Below, piece by piece: positions 11,112-23,439 of a stretch of DNA of 64,000 bases; position 1 is the first letter of the stretch; every line of letters begins with the position of its first letter. The translations under genes and the position numbers were made by a program. The DNA comes from Mustelus asterias (lineage: Eukaryota), in the NCBI RefSeq assembly GCF_964213995.1, contig NC_135830.1, positions 10,664,001 through 10,728,000 of the forward strand, in the 5' to 3' direction. The notes beneath the pieces are model-generated. The model had not been told where the DNA came from, made no database searches, and saw only the letters and a list, made by a program, of their open reading frames with translations.

Positions 11112-13946
11112 TTGGGGAAGGTATCAGGGTCAGAGGTGGGTACCGGTAGACAGGAAGGTCGGTTGAAGTGTGTCTACTTCAATGCAAGGAGCATCCGGAA
11201 CAAGTTAGATGAACTTGGGGCGTGGATTGGTACTTGGGACTACGATGTTGTGGCCATTACGGAGACGTGGGTAGAACAAGGACAGGAATGGTTGTTGGAC
11301 GTTCCGGGGTATAGATGTTTCACGAAGTGTGGGGAAGCTGGTAAAAGAGGTGGAGGAGTGGCATTGTTAATCAAGGATAGTTTAACGGCTGTGAAAAGGC
11401 ACTTCGAGGGGGATCTGCACACTGAGGTAATATGGGCTGAGGTTAGAAATAGGAAAGGAGTGGTCACGTTGTTAGGAGTTTACTATAGGCCCCCAAATAG
11501 TAATATAGATGTGGAGGAAGAAATTGCTAAGCAGATTATGGATATGTGTGGGGGTCACAGGGTAGTTGTCATGGGGGACTTTAACTTTCCAAATATTGAT
11601 TGGAACCTTTGGAGGTCAAATAGTTCGGATGGGGAAGTTTTTGTGCAGTGTGTGCAGGACGGTTTCCTGACACAATATGTGGATAGGCCGACAAGAGGTA
11701 AGGCCACATTGGATTTGGTCCTGGTAAATGAACCGGGCCAAGTGTTAGATTTGGTTGTGGGAGAGCACTTTGGAGATAGTGACCACAATTCGGTGTCTTT
11801 TGTTATTGCAATGGAGAGGGATAGGGCCGTACGGCAGGGCAAGGTTTACAATTGGGGGAGAGGTAATTATGATGCGATTAGGCAAGAATTAGGGGGCATA
11901 TGTTGGGAACAGAAACTGTCAGAGAAAGGAACTAATGAAAAGTGGAACTTTTTCAAGGAACAAATACTGAATGTCCTTGATAGGTATGTCCCTGTCAGGC
12001 AGGGAGGAAATGGCCGAGTGAGGGAACCATGGTTCACAAAAGAGGTGGAATGTCTTGTGAAAAGGAAGAGGGAAGCTTATGTAGGGATGAGGAAACAAGG
12101 TTCAGATGGCTCGATTGAGGGTTACAAGTTAGCAATGAATGAGCTGAAAAAGGGACTTAGGAGAGCTAGGAGCGGACACGAGAAGTCCTTGGCGGGTCGG
12201 ATCAAGGAAAACCCCAAGGCTTTTTACTCTTATGTGAGGAATAAAAGAATGACCAGGGTAAGGTTAGGGCCGGTCAAGGACAGTAGTGGGAACTTGTGTA
12301 TGGAGTCAGTAGAGATAGGCGAGGTGATGAATGAATACTTTTCTTCAGTGTTCACCAAGGAGAGGGGCCATGTTTTTGAGGAAGAGAAGGTGTTACAGGC
12401 TAATAGGCTGGAGGAAATAGATGTTCGGAGGGAGGATGTACTGACAGTTTTGAATAAACTGAAGGTCGATAAGTCCCTTGGGCCTGATGAAATGTATCCG
12501 AGGATTCTTTGGGAGGCAAGGGATGAGATTGCAGAGCCTTTGGCTTTGATCTTTGGGTCCTCGCTGTCCACGGGGATGGTGCCAGAGGACTGGAGAGTGG
12601 TGAAAGTTGTTCCTCTGTTTAAGAAAGGGAACAGAAATGACCCTGGTAATTATAGACCGGTTAGTCTTACTTCGGTGGTTGGTAAATTGATGGAAAAGGT
12701 CCTTAGAGATGGGATTTACGACCATTTAGAAAGATGCTGATTAATCCGGGATCGTCAGCACGGATTTGTGAAGGGCAAGTCGTGCCTCACAAATTTAATC
12801 GAATTTGTTGAGGAGGTAACTAAGTGTCTTGATGAAGGTAGGGCAGCTGATATCATATACATGGATTTTAGTAAGGCGTTTGATAAGGTCCCCCATGGTC
12901 GGCTTATGATGAAAGTGAGGACGTGTGGGATAGAGGGAAAGTTGGCCGATTGAATCGGTAACTGGCTGTCTGATCGAAGACAGAGGGTGGTGGTGGATGG
13001 AAAACTTTCGGATTGGAGGCAGGTTGCTTGCGGAGTGCCGCAGGGATCAGTGCTTGGTCCTCTGCTCTTTGTGATTTTTATTAATGACTTAGAGAAGGGG
13101 GCTGAAGGGTGGATCAGTAAATTTGCCGATGACACCAAGATTGGTGGAGTAGTGAATGAGGTGGAGGGCTGTTGTAGGCTGCAAAGAGACATAGATAGGA
13201 TGCAAAGCTGGGCTGAAAAATGGCAAATGGAGTTTAACCCTGATAAATGTGAGGTGATTCATTTTGGTAGGACTAATTTAAATGTGGATTACAGGGTCAA
13301 AGGTAGGGTTCTGAAGACTGTGGAGGAACAGAGAGATCTTGGGGTTCGTATCCACAGATCTCTAAAGGTTGCCACTCAAGTGGATAGAGCTGTGAAGAAG
13401 GCCTATAGTGTGTTTGCTTTTATTAACAGGGGGTTGGAGTTTAAGAGCCGTGGGGTTATGCTGCAACTGTACAGGACCTTGGTGAGACCACATTTGGAAT
13501 ATTGTGTGCAGTTCTGGTCACCTCACTATAAGAAGGACGTGGAAGCGCTAGAAAGAGTGCAGAGGAGATTTACCAGGATGCTGCCTGGTTTGGAGGGTAG
13601 GTCTTATGAGGAAAGGTTGAGGGAGCGAGGGCTGTTCTCTCTGGAGCGGAGGAGGCTGAGGGGAGACTTAATAGAGGTTTATAAAATGACGAAGGGGATA
13701 GATCGAGTGAACGTTTAAAGACTATTTCCTCGGGTGGATGGAGCTCTTACAAGGGGGCATAACTATAGGGTTCGTGGTGGGAGATACAGGAAGGATATCA
13801 GAGGTAGGTTCTTTACGCAGAGAGTGGTCGGGGTGTGGAATGGACTGCCTGCAGTGATAGTGGAGTCAGACACTTTAGGAACATTTAAGCGGTTATTAGA
13901 TAGGCACATGGAGCACACCAGGATGATAGGGAGTGGGATAGCTTGA
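11112..13946 (+). pseudogene. CR1 ORF2 (APE endonuclease + reverse transcriptase), three in-frame stops
   Basis: YFNARS, ITETW, MGDFN, SDHN, NYRPVSLTS, GVPQGSVLGP, KFADDT; ORFs 11112, 12768, 12987 and 13734 share one frame, with stops at 12738, 12951 and 13716. Confidence 0.95.
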
Positions 13947-15083
13947 TCTTGGTTTCAGATGAAGCTCGGCACAACATCGCGGGCCGAAGGGCCTGTTCTG
14001 TGCTGTACTGTTCTATGTTCTATGTTCTATAACCTTTCCTTTCAATCTGATTGCAGGACGTATCCCGAACATCAAAGGTTAAAAGCGTTCGTCTGGAAAA
14101 TATTTAAGGGAGCAATGATTTCTACCCCTTCATCATTTCATCATTCTCATCTTCCTTCCAATAATCTCAATCAATTGTACTCAGTCATAAAAGCAAATTA
14201 CTGCGGATGCTGGAATCGGAAACGAAAAGGGAAAATTCTGGCAAGTCTCACAAAGACTGGCAGCATCGATAAGGTGTGAAACGACCTGGCGTTTCGTGTT
14301 GAGATGACATTTTGTAAAAGCTCATTGTGCAATTGTACTCAATATTTGTTTCAATATTTGGTATCAATGCATTATTTAACAAATATGCCTTCATTATGAA
14401 TTGAATATCTCTGAAATTGAACATCACTGAATTGCAAACTTAACTGACCAACAAAATGAATCTTGTCACCGGGTAGTACAGATTGCATTTTTAAGATTGA
14501 ACATAGTCCGTTTTTTTTAAGAAGTCAACGAGATCGAAATGGAAGAGATTTAAGAGTTATCTGCCAGTGACCCTTGAGCCTTTTTTTATTATGGGCGTGA
14601 AACATTCATGCGCATAAATTCCGGCCCTTTACAGGAAAGTCTCGTAGATCCGCATCGAGTCTCGATTTCCTCATCTGTCTGAGTGGCTTCTCGTGTTTTG
14701 GTGATGAAAAACGATTTTTAAAAAGAATCTTCTGTGAAATGTACGCCGTTTCCTCTCGTTCACTTACAGTATCACTTGTATCTGTCTTTTTGAGCACACA
14801 CTACTGTCAGATATTTCAGATGGCGATTAACCATATTAGTCTGCACCTATAAACCCATTAAATTCTGTTGTCGACTGAACGAGATGCGAAAACGTGCTCG
14901 GTGTCAAAATCGAAATTTCCTGTCAGTGCGTCAAAAAAGAAGCGTTTCTTATTTCACAGAAAGCATTTGACGGTGACGTCAGAGCAATGATAACATGCCT
15001 TTCACATTGAAGTTCTGATGATGTTGAGCATCAAACTGAAATAAAGCAATGTTCTCTCACCCGACATGAGAAAGCTGAATGAA

Positions 15084-15157
15084 TGTTTCTGCTCCGTTTC
15101 AAACCGGGGAATTTTTCACGTGCTGGTCGAACGTGATAACCACGACACGACAGAAAC
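15084..15157 (-). pseudogene. tRNA-Val pseudogene (copy 6)
   Basis: Degenerate copy at the homologous unit position. Confidence 0.75.
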
Positions 15158-16307
15158 AGCTTCGAGCACGTTAGAGCAAATCTGCCTGTCTGCAATGTTC
15201 AACTACGTTGTGTTGCTGCAGGTTCCGATGGTTAGACTGAGAGCCCATGTCACTGAATTCAGGAAGATAACCGTTACTTTCAATCTGATTGTACGACTTA
15301 TCCCGAACATCAAAATATAAAAAAGTTCGTCTCGCAAATATCTAACGGAGCAATGATTTCTGCCCATTCATTAATGCATCATTTTCTTCTTTCTTCGACT
15401 CATCTCAATCAATTGCACTCAGTAATAAAAGCAAATTACTGCGGATGAGAAACGAGAAAATGCTGCAAAATCTCACAATGTCTGACAGCACCTGTAAGGA
15501 GCGAAAAGGGCGGACGTTTCGAGTCCAGATAACACTTTATCAAAGCTCATTGTACAATTGTACTCAGTATTTGTTTCACTATTTAGTATCAATGCATCAT
15601 TTAACACATATGTCTTCATTATTAATTGAATATCTCTGAAATCGAACATCACTTCATCCCAAACATAACTGAACAACAGAACGAATCGAATCATCGGGTA
15701 CTACAAATCGTAATTTTGAGATTGACTATCGTCAGCTTTTAAACAAAGTCAACTGCATTTAAATGGAGAAGAATCAAGAATTATCTGTTCGTGACACTTG
15801 AGACTTTTTAATTATGGGCGTGAAACATTCAGGCGAATCAGTCCAGGCCCTTTACAGGAAAGTCCATTCTATCCGCGCTGAGTCTCGATTCCCTCATCGG
15901 TCTGAGTGGCTTTTCATGTTTCTTCGTGCTGAAAGAATATTTAAAAAAAGATTCTTCTGTGAAATGTGCACCATTTCCTCCAGTTCACTTACAGTATCAG
16001 TTGTAACTTTCTTTTTGAGCACACACTACTGTCAGATATTTCAGATGGTGATTAACCATATTAGGCTACACCTATAAATCCATAAAATTCTGTTGTAGAC
16101 TGAACGAGATGGGAATAAGTGCTCGGTATCAAAATCGAACATTCCTGTCAGTGCGTCAAAAAAAATCGTTTCTCATTTCACAGCAAGCATTTGAGGGTGA
16201 TGTCAGAGCAATGATAACATGTCTTTAACATCAAGGTTCGGATAACGTTCAGCATCAAACTGAAATCAAGCAGTCTTCCCTTACCCGACATGAGAAAGCT
16301 TAATGAA

Positions 16308-16381
16308 TGTTTCTGTCCGGTCTCGAATCGGGGAACTTTCCGCGTGTTAGGTGAACGCGACAACAGCTACACTGCAGAAAC
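16308..16381 (-). pseudogene. tRNA-Val(AAC) pseudogene (copy 7)
   Basis: Degenerate copy at the homologous unit position. Confidence 0.75.
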
Positions 16382-17524
16382 AGCTTGAAGCACAATAGAG
16401 CAAATATGCCTGTCTGCAATGTTCAACTACGCTGTGTTGCTCCAGGTTTCGATGCTTAGACTGAGAGCCCATGTCACTTAATTCAGGAAGATAACCGTTA
16501 CTTTCAATCAGATTGTACGACTTATGCCGAACATCAACATTTGAAACCGTTCGTCTCGCAAATATCTAAGGGAGCAATGATTTCTGCCCATTCATTAATG
16601 CATCATTTTCATCTTTTTCGAATAATCTCACTCAATTGTACTCAGTAATAAAAGCAAATTACTGCGGATGAGAAAAGAGAAAATGCTGCAAAATCTCACA
16701 ATGTCTGACAGCACCTGCAAGGAGCGAAAAGGGCGGATGTTTCGAGTCCAGATGACACTTCATTAAAGCTCATTGTACAATTGTACTCAGTATTTGTTTC
16801 ACTATTTAGTATCAAGGCAGTATATAACACGTATGTCTTCATTATGAATTGAATATCTCTGAAATTGAACATCACTGAATTGCAAACACAACTGACCAAC
16901 AGAACGAATCGAATCACCGGGTAATACGGATCGCAATTTTGAGATTGACTATCGTCAGCTTTGAAACAAAATCAACTATATTTAAATGGAGGAGAATCAA
17001 GAATTATGTGCTCGTGACACTTGAGCCTTTTTTATTATGGGCGTGAAACATTCAGGCGCATAAATTCCGGCCCTTTACAAGAAAGTCCTTTAGATCCGCA
17101 CAGAGTCTCGATTCCCTCTGTCCGAGTGGCTCTTCCTGTTTCTTCGTGATGAAAAACGATTTTTAAAAAAAGATTCTTCTGTGAAATGTGCGCCATTTCC
17201 TCTCGTTCACTTACAGCATCACTTGTATCTGTCTCTTTGAGCACACACTACTATCAGATATTTCAGACGGTGATCAACCATATTAGTCTACACCTATACA
17301 CCCATTAAATTCGGGTGTAGACTGAACGAGATGCGAATATGTGCTCGGTGTCAAAACCGAACTTTCCTGTCAGTGCGTCAAAGAAAAACCGTTTCTTATT
17401 TCACAGAAAGCATTTGAGGATGATGTCAGAGCAATGATAACATGCCTTTAACAGGGAGGTCCGGATAATGTTGCGCAACAAACTGGAATCAAGCAACTTT
17501 CCTGACATGAGAAAGCGTAATGCA

Positions 17525-17597
17525 TGGTTCCGCTTGGCTTCGAACCGGGGATCTTTCGCGTGTTCGGTGAACGTGATCATCACTACGTTACAGAAAC
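17525..17597 (-). pseudogene. tRNA-Val pseudogene (copy 8)
   Basis: Degenerate copy; B-box GGTTCGAAG retained. Confidence 0.75.
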
Positions 17598-17630
17598 CGC
17601 TGGAAGCGCGGTTGAGCTAATCTGCCTGTC

Positions 17631-17823
17631 CTCTTTTTTTTTTAGATCAAACCAAACCAAGTAAACAAACTCAGATTAAATCAGGACAAAGTAAAAGGGG
17701 CAGCTCCCCAAAAAGGAGGGGGAACAGCCCGAACAGAAATCAAAGTACAAAGGAAACTTAAAAACATCAAATTAAAATGTGATTATTAGTGTCAATAATG
17801 CACCCCAACCCCTGCGGTGTGTC
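17631..17823 (-). mobile_element. 3' end of a poly(A)-tailed L1/Tx1-clade LINE
   Basis: Minus strand reads TPQGLGCIIDTNNHILI*, then a T-rich UTR and an A10 tail; unrelated to the array unit. Confidence 0.6.
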
Positions 17824-17952
17824 CACAGAAAGCATTTGAGGGCGATGTCAGAGCAATGATAACATGCCATTAGCATCGAGGCTCGGACAATGATGAGCAT
17901 CAAACTGGACTCAAGCAATTTTCCCTTACACGACATGAAGAAGCTGAATAAA

Positions 17953-18025
17953 TGCTTCGGCCTGGTTTCGAACCGGGGACCTTTCGCGTGTTAAGCGAAC
18001 GTGATAACCACTACACTACAGAAAC
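17953..18025 (-). tRNA. tRNA-Val(AAC), among the best preserved copies (copy 9), probable pseudogene
   Basis: GTTTCTGTAGTGTAGTGGTTATCACGTTCGCTTAACACGCGAAAGGTCCCCGGTTCGAAACCAGGCCGAAGCA; mismatches in acceptor and T stems. Confidence 0.8.
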
Positions 18026-19962
18026 AGCTTGAACATAAGAGCAGCAAATCTGCCTGTCTGCAATGTTCAACTACGCTGTGTTGCTGCAGGTTCCGATGGT
18101 TAGACTGAGAGCCCATGTCACTAAATTCAGGAAGATAACCGTTACTTTCAATCTGATTGTACGACTTATCCCGAACATCACAATTTAAAATCGTTCGTCT
18201 CGCAAATATCTAAGGGAGCAATGATTTCTGCCCATTCATTGATGCATCATTTTCATCTTTCTTCGAATAATCTCAATCAATTGTACTCAGTAATAAAAAC
18301 AAATTGCACGGGGATGAGAAAAGCTAAAATGCTGCAAAATCTCACAATATCTGACAGCACCTGTAAGGAGTGAAAAGGGCGGACGTTTCGAGTCCAGATG
18401 ACACTTTATCAAAGCTCATTGTACAATTGTTCTCAGTAGTTGTTTCAATATTTAGTATCAAGGCATTATTTAACACAAATGTCTTCATTATGAATTGAAT
18501 ATCTCTGAAATTGAACATCACTGAATTGCAAACATAACTGACTAACAGAACGAATGGAATCACCGGGAAATACAGATCACAATTTTGAGATTTACTATCG
18601 TCAGCTTTTAAACAAAGTCAACTACATTTAAATGGAGGAGAATCAAGAATTATCTGATCGTGACACTTGAACCTTATTTATTCTGGGCGTGAAACATTCA
18701 GGCACAGAAATACCGGCCATTAATAGGAAATTCCAGTAGATCCGCACTGAGTCTCGCCGCCTCCAGCAAATCGGCCTGCCTGCAATGTTGAACTGCGCTG
18801 TTGTGCTGCACGTTCAAATGGTGAGACTGAGAGCCTGGTCTCCTCCCCCGCCCCCCCTCCACCCTCGCAACCTCCCTCCCCCACCCACCCCGCAACAATG
18901 TGTCTTGTTTCAGGAAGATAACCGCTGTTTTCAATCTGATTGCTCAACTTATCTTGAACTTCAAAACTTAGAAGCGTTCGTCTGGCAAATACCTGAGGGA
19001 GCAATGATTTCTGCTCATTGATTAATGCATCACTCTCATCTTCCTTCGAATAATCTCAACCAATTGTACTCAGTAATAAAAACAATTTACCGTGGATGCT
19101 GGAATCTGAAACCAACAGAGAAAGTGCTGGAAAATCTCACAAGGTCTGGCAGCATCTGTAAGGAGAAAAAAGGGCTGACGTTTCGTGTTCAGATAGCATT
19201 CGTGAAACTCATTTTACAATTGTACTCAGTATTTGTTTCAACATTTAGTATCAATGCATTATTTAACACATATGTCTTCATTATGAATTGAATATCTCTG
19301 AAATTTAATTGCAAACATAACTGACCAAGAAGGAAGCGGGTCACCGGGTAATGCGCGGATCGCAATTTTGACATTGATTATAGTCTGCTGTTAAACAAAA
19401 TCAACTCCATTTAAATGGAAGAGATTGAAAGACATCTGTTAGTTGCACTTGAGCCTTTTAATTATCGGCGTGAAACATTCAGGCGCATGAATTCCGGCCA
19501 TCTTTAGGAAAGTCCAATAGATCCGCACTGAGTCTCGATTTCCTCATCTGGCTGAGTGCTGTTTCCTATTTCTTTGTTATGAAGAACGATTTCCAAAAAA
19601 TAATGTTGTAGGAAATGTGCGCTATTTCCTCTAATTCACTTACACTCTCACTTGTGTCTGTCTTTTTGAGCACACATTGCAATTAGACATGATTCAGATG
19701 GTGATTAACTATGTTCGGCTGCACCTATCAACCCATTAAATTCTGTTGTCGGCTGAAACAGATGCTGATGTGTGCACACTGTCAAAATCGAAAATTTCCT
19801 GTCAGTGCGTCAAAAGAATCAGCATTTCTTATTTTACAGAAAATATTTGAGGCCGAGCTCAGAGCAAAGATAATATGGCTGTAACATCCAGATTTGGATG
19901 ATGTTCAGCAACGATCTGAAATCATACAGATTTCCCTCACTCTACATGGGAAAGCTGATGAA

Positions 19963-20034
19963 TGTTCTGCCCGGTTCTGAAGCGGTGACCTTTCACGTGT
20001 TGGGCCAATGTGATAACCACTGCACTACAGAAAC
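19963..20034 (-). pseudogene. tRNA-Val pseudogene (copy 10)
   Basis: Degenerate copy, B-box broken. Confidence 0.7.
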
Positions 20035-21008
20035 AAGAGAATGCGCCACGCCGCCAATTGGCCTGACTACAATGTTGAACTACATTGTGTTGCTGCAGGT
20101 TCTCATGGTCACATTGAGGGTCCATGTCACTTAATAGAAGAACAAATCCGTTACTTTCAACCTGATTTCTCAACTTATCTTGAACTTCAAAATTAAAAAG
20201 CGTTCGTCTGGCAAATGTCTCAGGCGGCAATGGTTTCTGTTCAATCATTCATACATCATTCTCATCTTCCGTCAAATAATTTCAAACAGTTATATCAAAT
20301 ATTTGCAGTTATTCAACATTTAATTTCAATACGTTTATTTAAAACAGATGTCCTCATTCTGAATTGAATATCTCTGTAATATACAACATTGTCTTGCAAA
20401 CATGTCTGACCAACAAAAGAAATAGAGTCACTGGGTAATGCCCATGCCATGATGTTTATTTCAGATTGACCACATTCATCCTTTAAAGAAAATAAAATGT
20501 ACTTGAATCCTCTTTATTCTGTGTGTGAAGTATTCTGGCGCCTAAATCTCGACCATCTATCGGAAGTCCAGGAGGTCCGCACTGAATCTCGATTTCCACA
20601 TTTGTCTGAGTGGTTTTAACTATTTCTTTACTGTGAAGAGCAATTTTACAAAGGTGCTTCTGTGAAATGCGCCTATTTCCTCCAGTTCAGTTTGACTTTC
20701 AATTTTGTCTGTCTTTATGAGCACATAATACTATTCGATACATTTCAGATGGTGATTAACTAGGTCAGTCTGCACCTCTAATCCCATTAAATTAATTTGT
20801 GGACTGCACGAGTTGCGAATATGTGTATACACAATGGAGTTCTTTATTCCCTGCTTCCTCAAAGAGAGCATTTCTGATTTTCCGAAATGCTTTTGAGGCC
20901 GAGATCAAAGCCAATATAACATGACCGTGATATCGGATTCGCATGAGGTTGAGCTATGAACTTACATCATGCAGACTTCCCTCTTGCTTAATGACAACGA
21001 TCCAACAG

Positions 21009-21081
21009 TGTTTCTGCCTGGTTTCGAACCGGTGACTTTTCGCGTGTGAGGCGAATGTGAGAACAACTGCACTTCAGGAAC
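21009..21081 (-). pseudogene. tRNA-Val(CAC) pseudogene (copy 11)
   Basis: CGCGTGTGAGGCG anticodon arm seen on + strand; D arm degenerate. Confidence 0.75.
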
Positions 21082-21416
21082 AGCTGACAATGCCCACGTG
21101 CAATTTCACTTGTATCTGTCTTTTAGAGCACAGACTACCATTAGACATGTTTCAGATGGTGATTAACTCTGTTAGTCTGCACTTATTAACCCATTAAAAT
21201 CTGTTGTTGACTGAACGAAAAGCTAATGTGCGCATGTTTGTCAAAATAGAAACATTTATTTCCTGTCAGTGCGCCAAAATATTCAGCATTTATTTTACAG
21301 GAAGCATTTGAGGCCGACGTCAAGCAAAGATAATATGAATCGAGATTCGGATAATATTCAGCAACAAACTGAAATCATTCAGATTTCTCTCACCCGACAT
21401 GAAAAATCTTAATGTA

Positions 21417-21470
21417 TTCTTCTGCCCGGTTTCGGACCCGGGTCCTTTACAAGCACTGCACTACAGAAAC
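21417..21470 (-). pseudogene. tRNA-Val remnant with internal deletion (copy 12)
   Basis: Both ends present, anticodon arm deleted. Confidence 0.6.
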
Positions 21471-21877
21471 AAATGACAGCATATCGCACTCAATCGACCT
21501 GACTACAATGCTCAACTCCACTGTGTTGCTGCAGGTTCGCATGGTTAGATTGAGAACCCATGCCACTTCATACAAGAACACACACGTTACTTTCAACCTG
21601 ATGTATCAACTTATCTTGTAATTTCAAATTAAAAAAGCGTTCCTCCAGCAAATGCCTATGGGAACTCAATGAGTTAAAGCTGAATTGTTTCAGTTCAGAG
21701 TTCAGAAATGTTGAGTAATATCCGGCCCCAATGGTGATTGGTTCATTCCTTTCCAGCAGGAGACAATGAGCTGAACAGAAGAACATAAGAGAATAGGGAA
21801 GAGGAGTTGCAATGGACCATTTGCTCCTTCATTAGGGCCTGTTCCGCCATTCAGTAAAATCATTGTTGATCTCCCTC

Positions 21878-23287
21878 ACAGTAAGAAGTCTCGCAACACT
21901 AGGTTAAAGTCCAATCAGTTTACTTGGTCGCACGAGCTTTCCAGAGACTGCTCCTTCATCAGGTGAGTGGAGAGTTGGGTTTAGAAACAGGGCATAGAAA
22001 GACACAGACTCAATTGCAAGATAATGGTTGGAATGCGTGTCTTAACAGCGAATCAAGTCTTTACAGGTACAGACAATGCGAGTGGAGAGGGGGACAATGA
22101 CACGTTAAAGCAGTGTGAATTGTCTCAAGCCAAGCCAGTTAGTAGGATTTTGCAAGCCCAGGACAAATGGTGAGGGTGACAAGTCGTGTGACCTGAACCC
22201 AAGGTCCCGGTTGAGGCCGTTCTCGTGTATGGAATTTGGTTATCAGTTTCTGCTCAGCGATTCTGCGTTGTCGTGCGTCTTGGAGGCCGCCTTGAAGAAC
22301 GCTTACCCGAAGATCGGTGGTTGAATGCGCTTGACTGCTTAAGCGTGACCCGACAGGAAGGGAATACTCTTGCCGGGTGATTGTCGAGCGGTTGCCATTC
22401 TTCTGTTGTCGTAGCGTCTGCATAGTCTCGGCGATGTACCATGCTTCGGAACATCCTTTCCTGCAGCGGATGAGGGAGACAACGTTGGCCGAGTTGCATG
22501 TGTATGTATCGTCTACCTGGTGGATTCTGATCTCACGTGTGATGATGGCATCCGTGTCGATGATCCAACACATCTTGCAGAGGTTGCCCTGGCAGGGTTG
22601 TGTGGTGTCGTGGTCGCTGTTCTCTTGAAGGCTGGGTAGTTTTCTGCTAACAATGGTCTGTTTGAGGTTGCGCTGTTTTTTGAAGGCAAGTAGTGGGGGC
22701 GTGGAGATGGCCTTTGCGTGATATTCGTCTTCATCGATTGTACGCTGAAGGCTCCGAAGAAGATGTCATAGCTTCTCCACTCCGAAGATGTCTTGGCTTC
22801 TACACTCTGGGGACGTACTGGAGGAGGGGCGGCACGGTGGCACAGTAGTTAGCACTGCTGCTTCACAGCTCCAGGGTCCCGGGTTCGATTCCCGGCTCGG
22901 GTCACTGTCTGTGTGGAGTTTGCACGTTTTCCCCGTGTCTGCGTGGGTTTGCGCCGGTTTCCTCCCACAGTCCAAAGATGTGCGGGTTCGGTTGATTGGC
23001 CAGGTTAAAAAAATTGCCCCTTCGAATCCTAAAATGCGTAGGTTAGAGGGATTAGCGGGTAAAATGTGTGGGGGTAGGGCCTGGGTGGGATTGTGGTCGG
23101 TGCAGACTCGATGGGCCGAATGGCCTCCTTCTGCACTGTAGGGTTTCTATGATTCTCTGAGGAAGGGCACTCTGAGGGCTGTGTCCCGTACTTGTCTTCT
23201 GAGGAGGTCGGTGCGCTTTTTTGCTGTGGCGTGTCGGAACTGTCGATCGATGACTCAAGCGCAATATCCTGTTCTTACAAGGCCGTA
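21878..23287 (-). mobile_element. Penelope-like element 3' part (GIY-YIG endonuclease + terminal repeat), interrupted by a SINE
   Basis: CNSANVVSLIRCRKGCSEAWYIAETMQTLRQ (GIY-YIG type); terminus ...GGACTTTAACCTAGTGTTGCGAGACTTCTTACTGTG with hammerhead-like core at 21931-21966. Confidence 0.9.
22827..23156 (+). mobile_element. full-length HE1-like SINE
   Basis: tRNA head, V-domain, CR1-type tail GATGGGCCGAATGGCCTCCTTCTGCACTGTA. Confidence 0.93.
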
Positions 23288-23357
23288 TGTCAAAAACGAC
23301 ACCGTTCAACCCGAGCTGTTAGACTTCAGCTCCAAGGACAAAAACTTGCATCAACTC

Positions 23358-23439
23358 TGGCAGCGGTGGGATTCGAACCCACGCCTCGAGAGAGACTGGA
23401 GCCTAAATCCAGCGCCTTAGGCCGCTCGGCCACGCTACC
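23358..23439 (-). tRNA. tRNA-Leu(TAG)
   Basis: GGTAGCGTGGCCGAGCGGCCTAAGGCGCTGGATTTAGGCTCCAGTCTCTCTCGAGGCGTGGGTTCGAATCCCACCGCTGCCA; TTTT terminator ~14 nt downstream. Confidence 0.92.

Larger units (their letters stand above)
9746..14030 (+). mobile_element. full-length CR1 LINE inserted in array unit
   Basis: 5'UTR, ORF1, ORF2 and (TTCTATG)n tail; array sequence resumes at ATAACC at ~14029. Confidence 0.97.
3340..21660. repeat. tandem array of ~1.22-kb tRNA-Val-containing units (about 12 tRNA copies; units partly deleted toward the right end)
   Basis: Same blocks recur (CAGTAATAAAAGCAAATTACTGCGG, GGGCGTGAAACATTCAGGCG, CAGATATTTCAGATGGTGATTAACC); tRNA spacing 1217-1231 nt once insertions are removed. 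Confidence 0.95.

Noticed and set aside
10203-13192. Antisense ORFs overlapping the CR1
   Set aside because: Typical shadow ORFs of LINE coding sequence
3340-21660. Recurrent short ORFs (e.g. MIRFVLLVSYVCNSVMFNFRDIQ...) as a multicopy gene family, or the array as CRISPR-like
   Set aside because: ORFs vary in start, length and frame among units and have no domain signature; units are 1.2 kb without unique spacers, and the DNA is vertebrate
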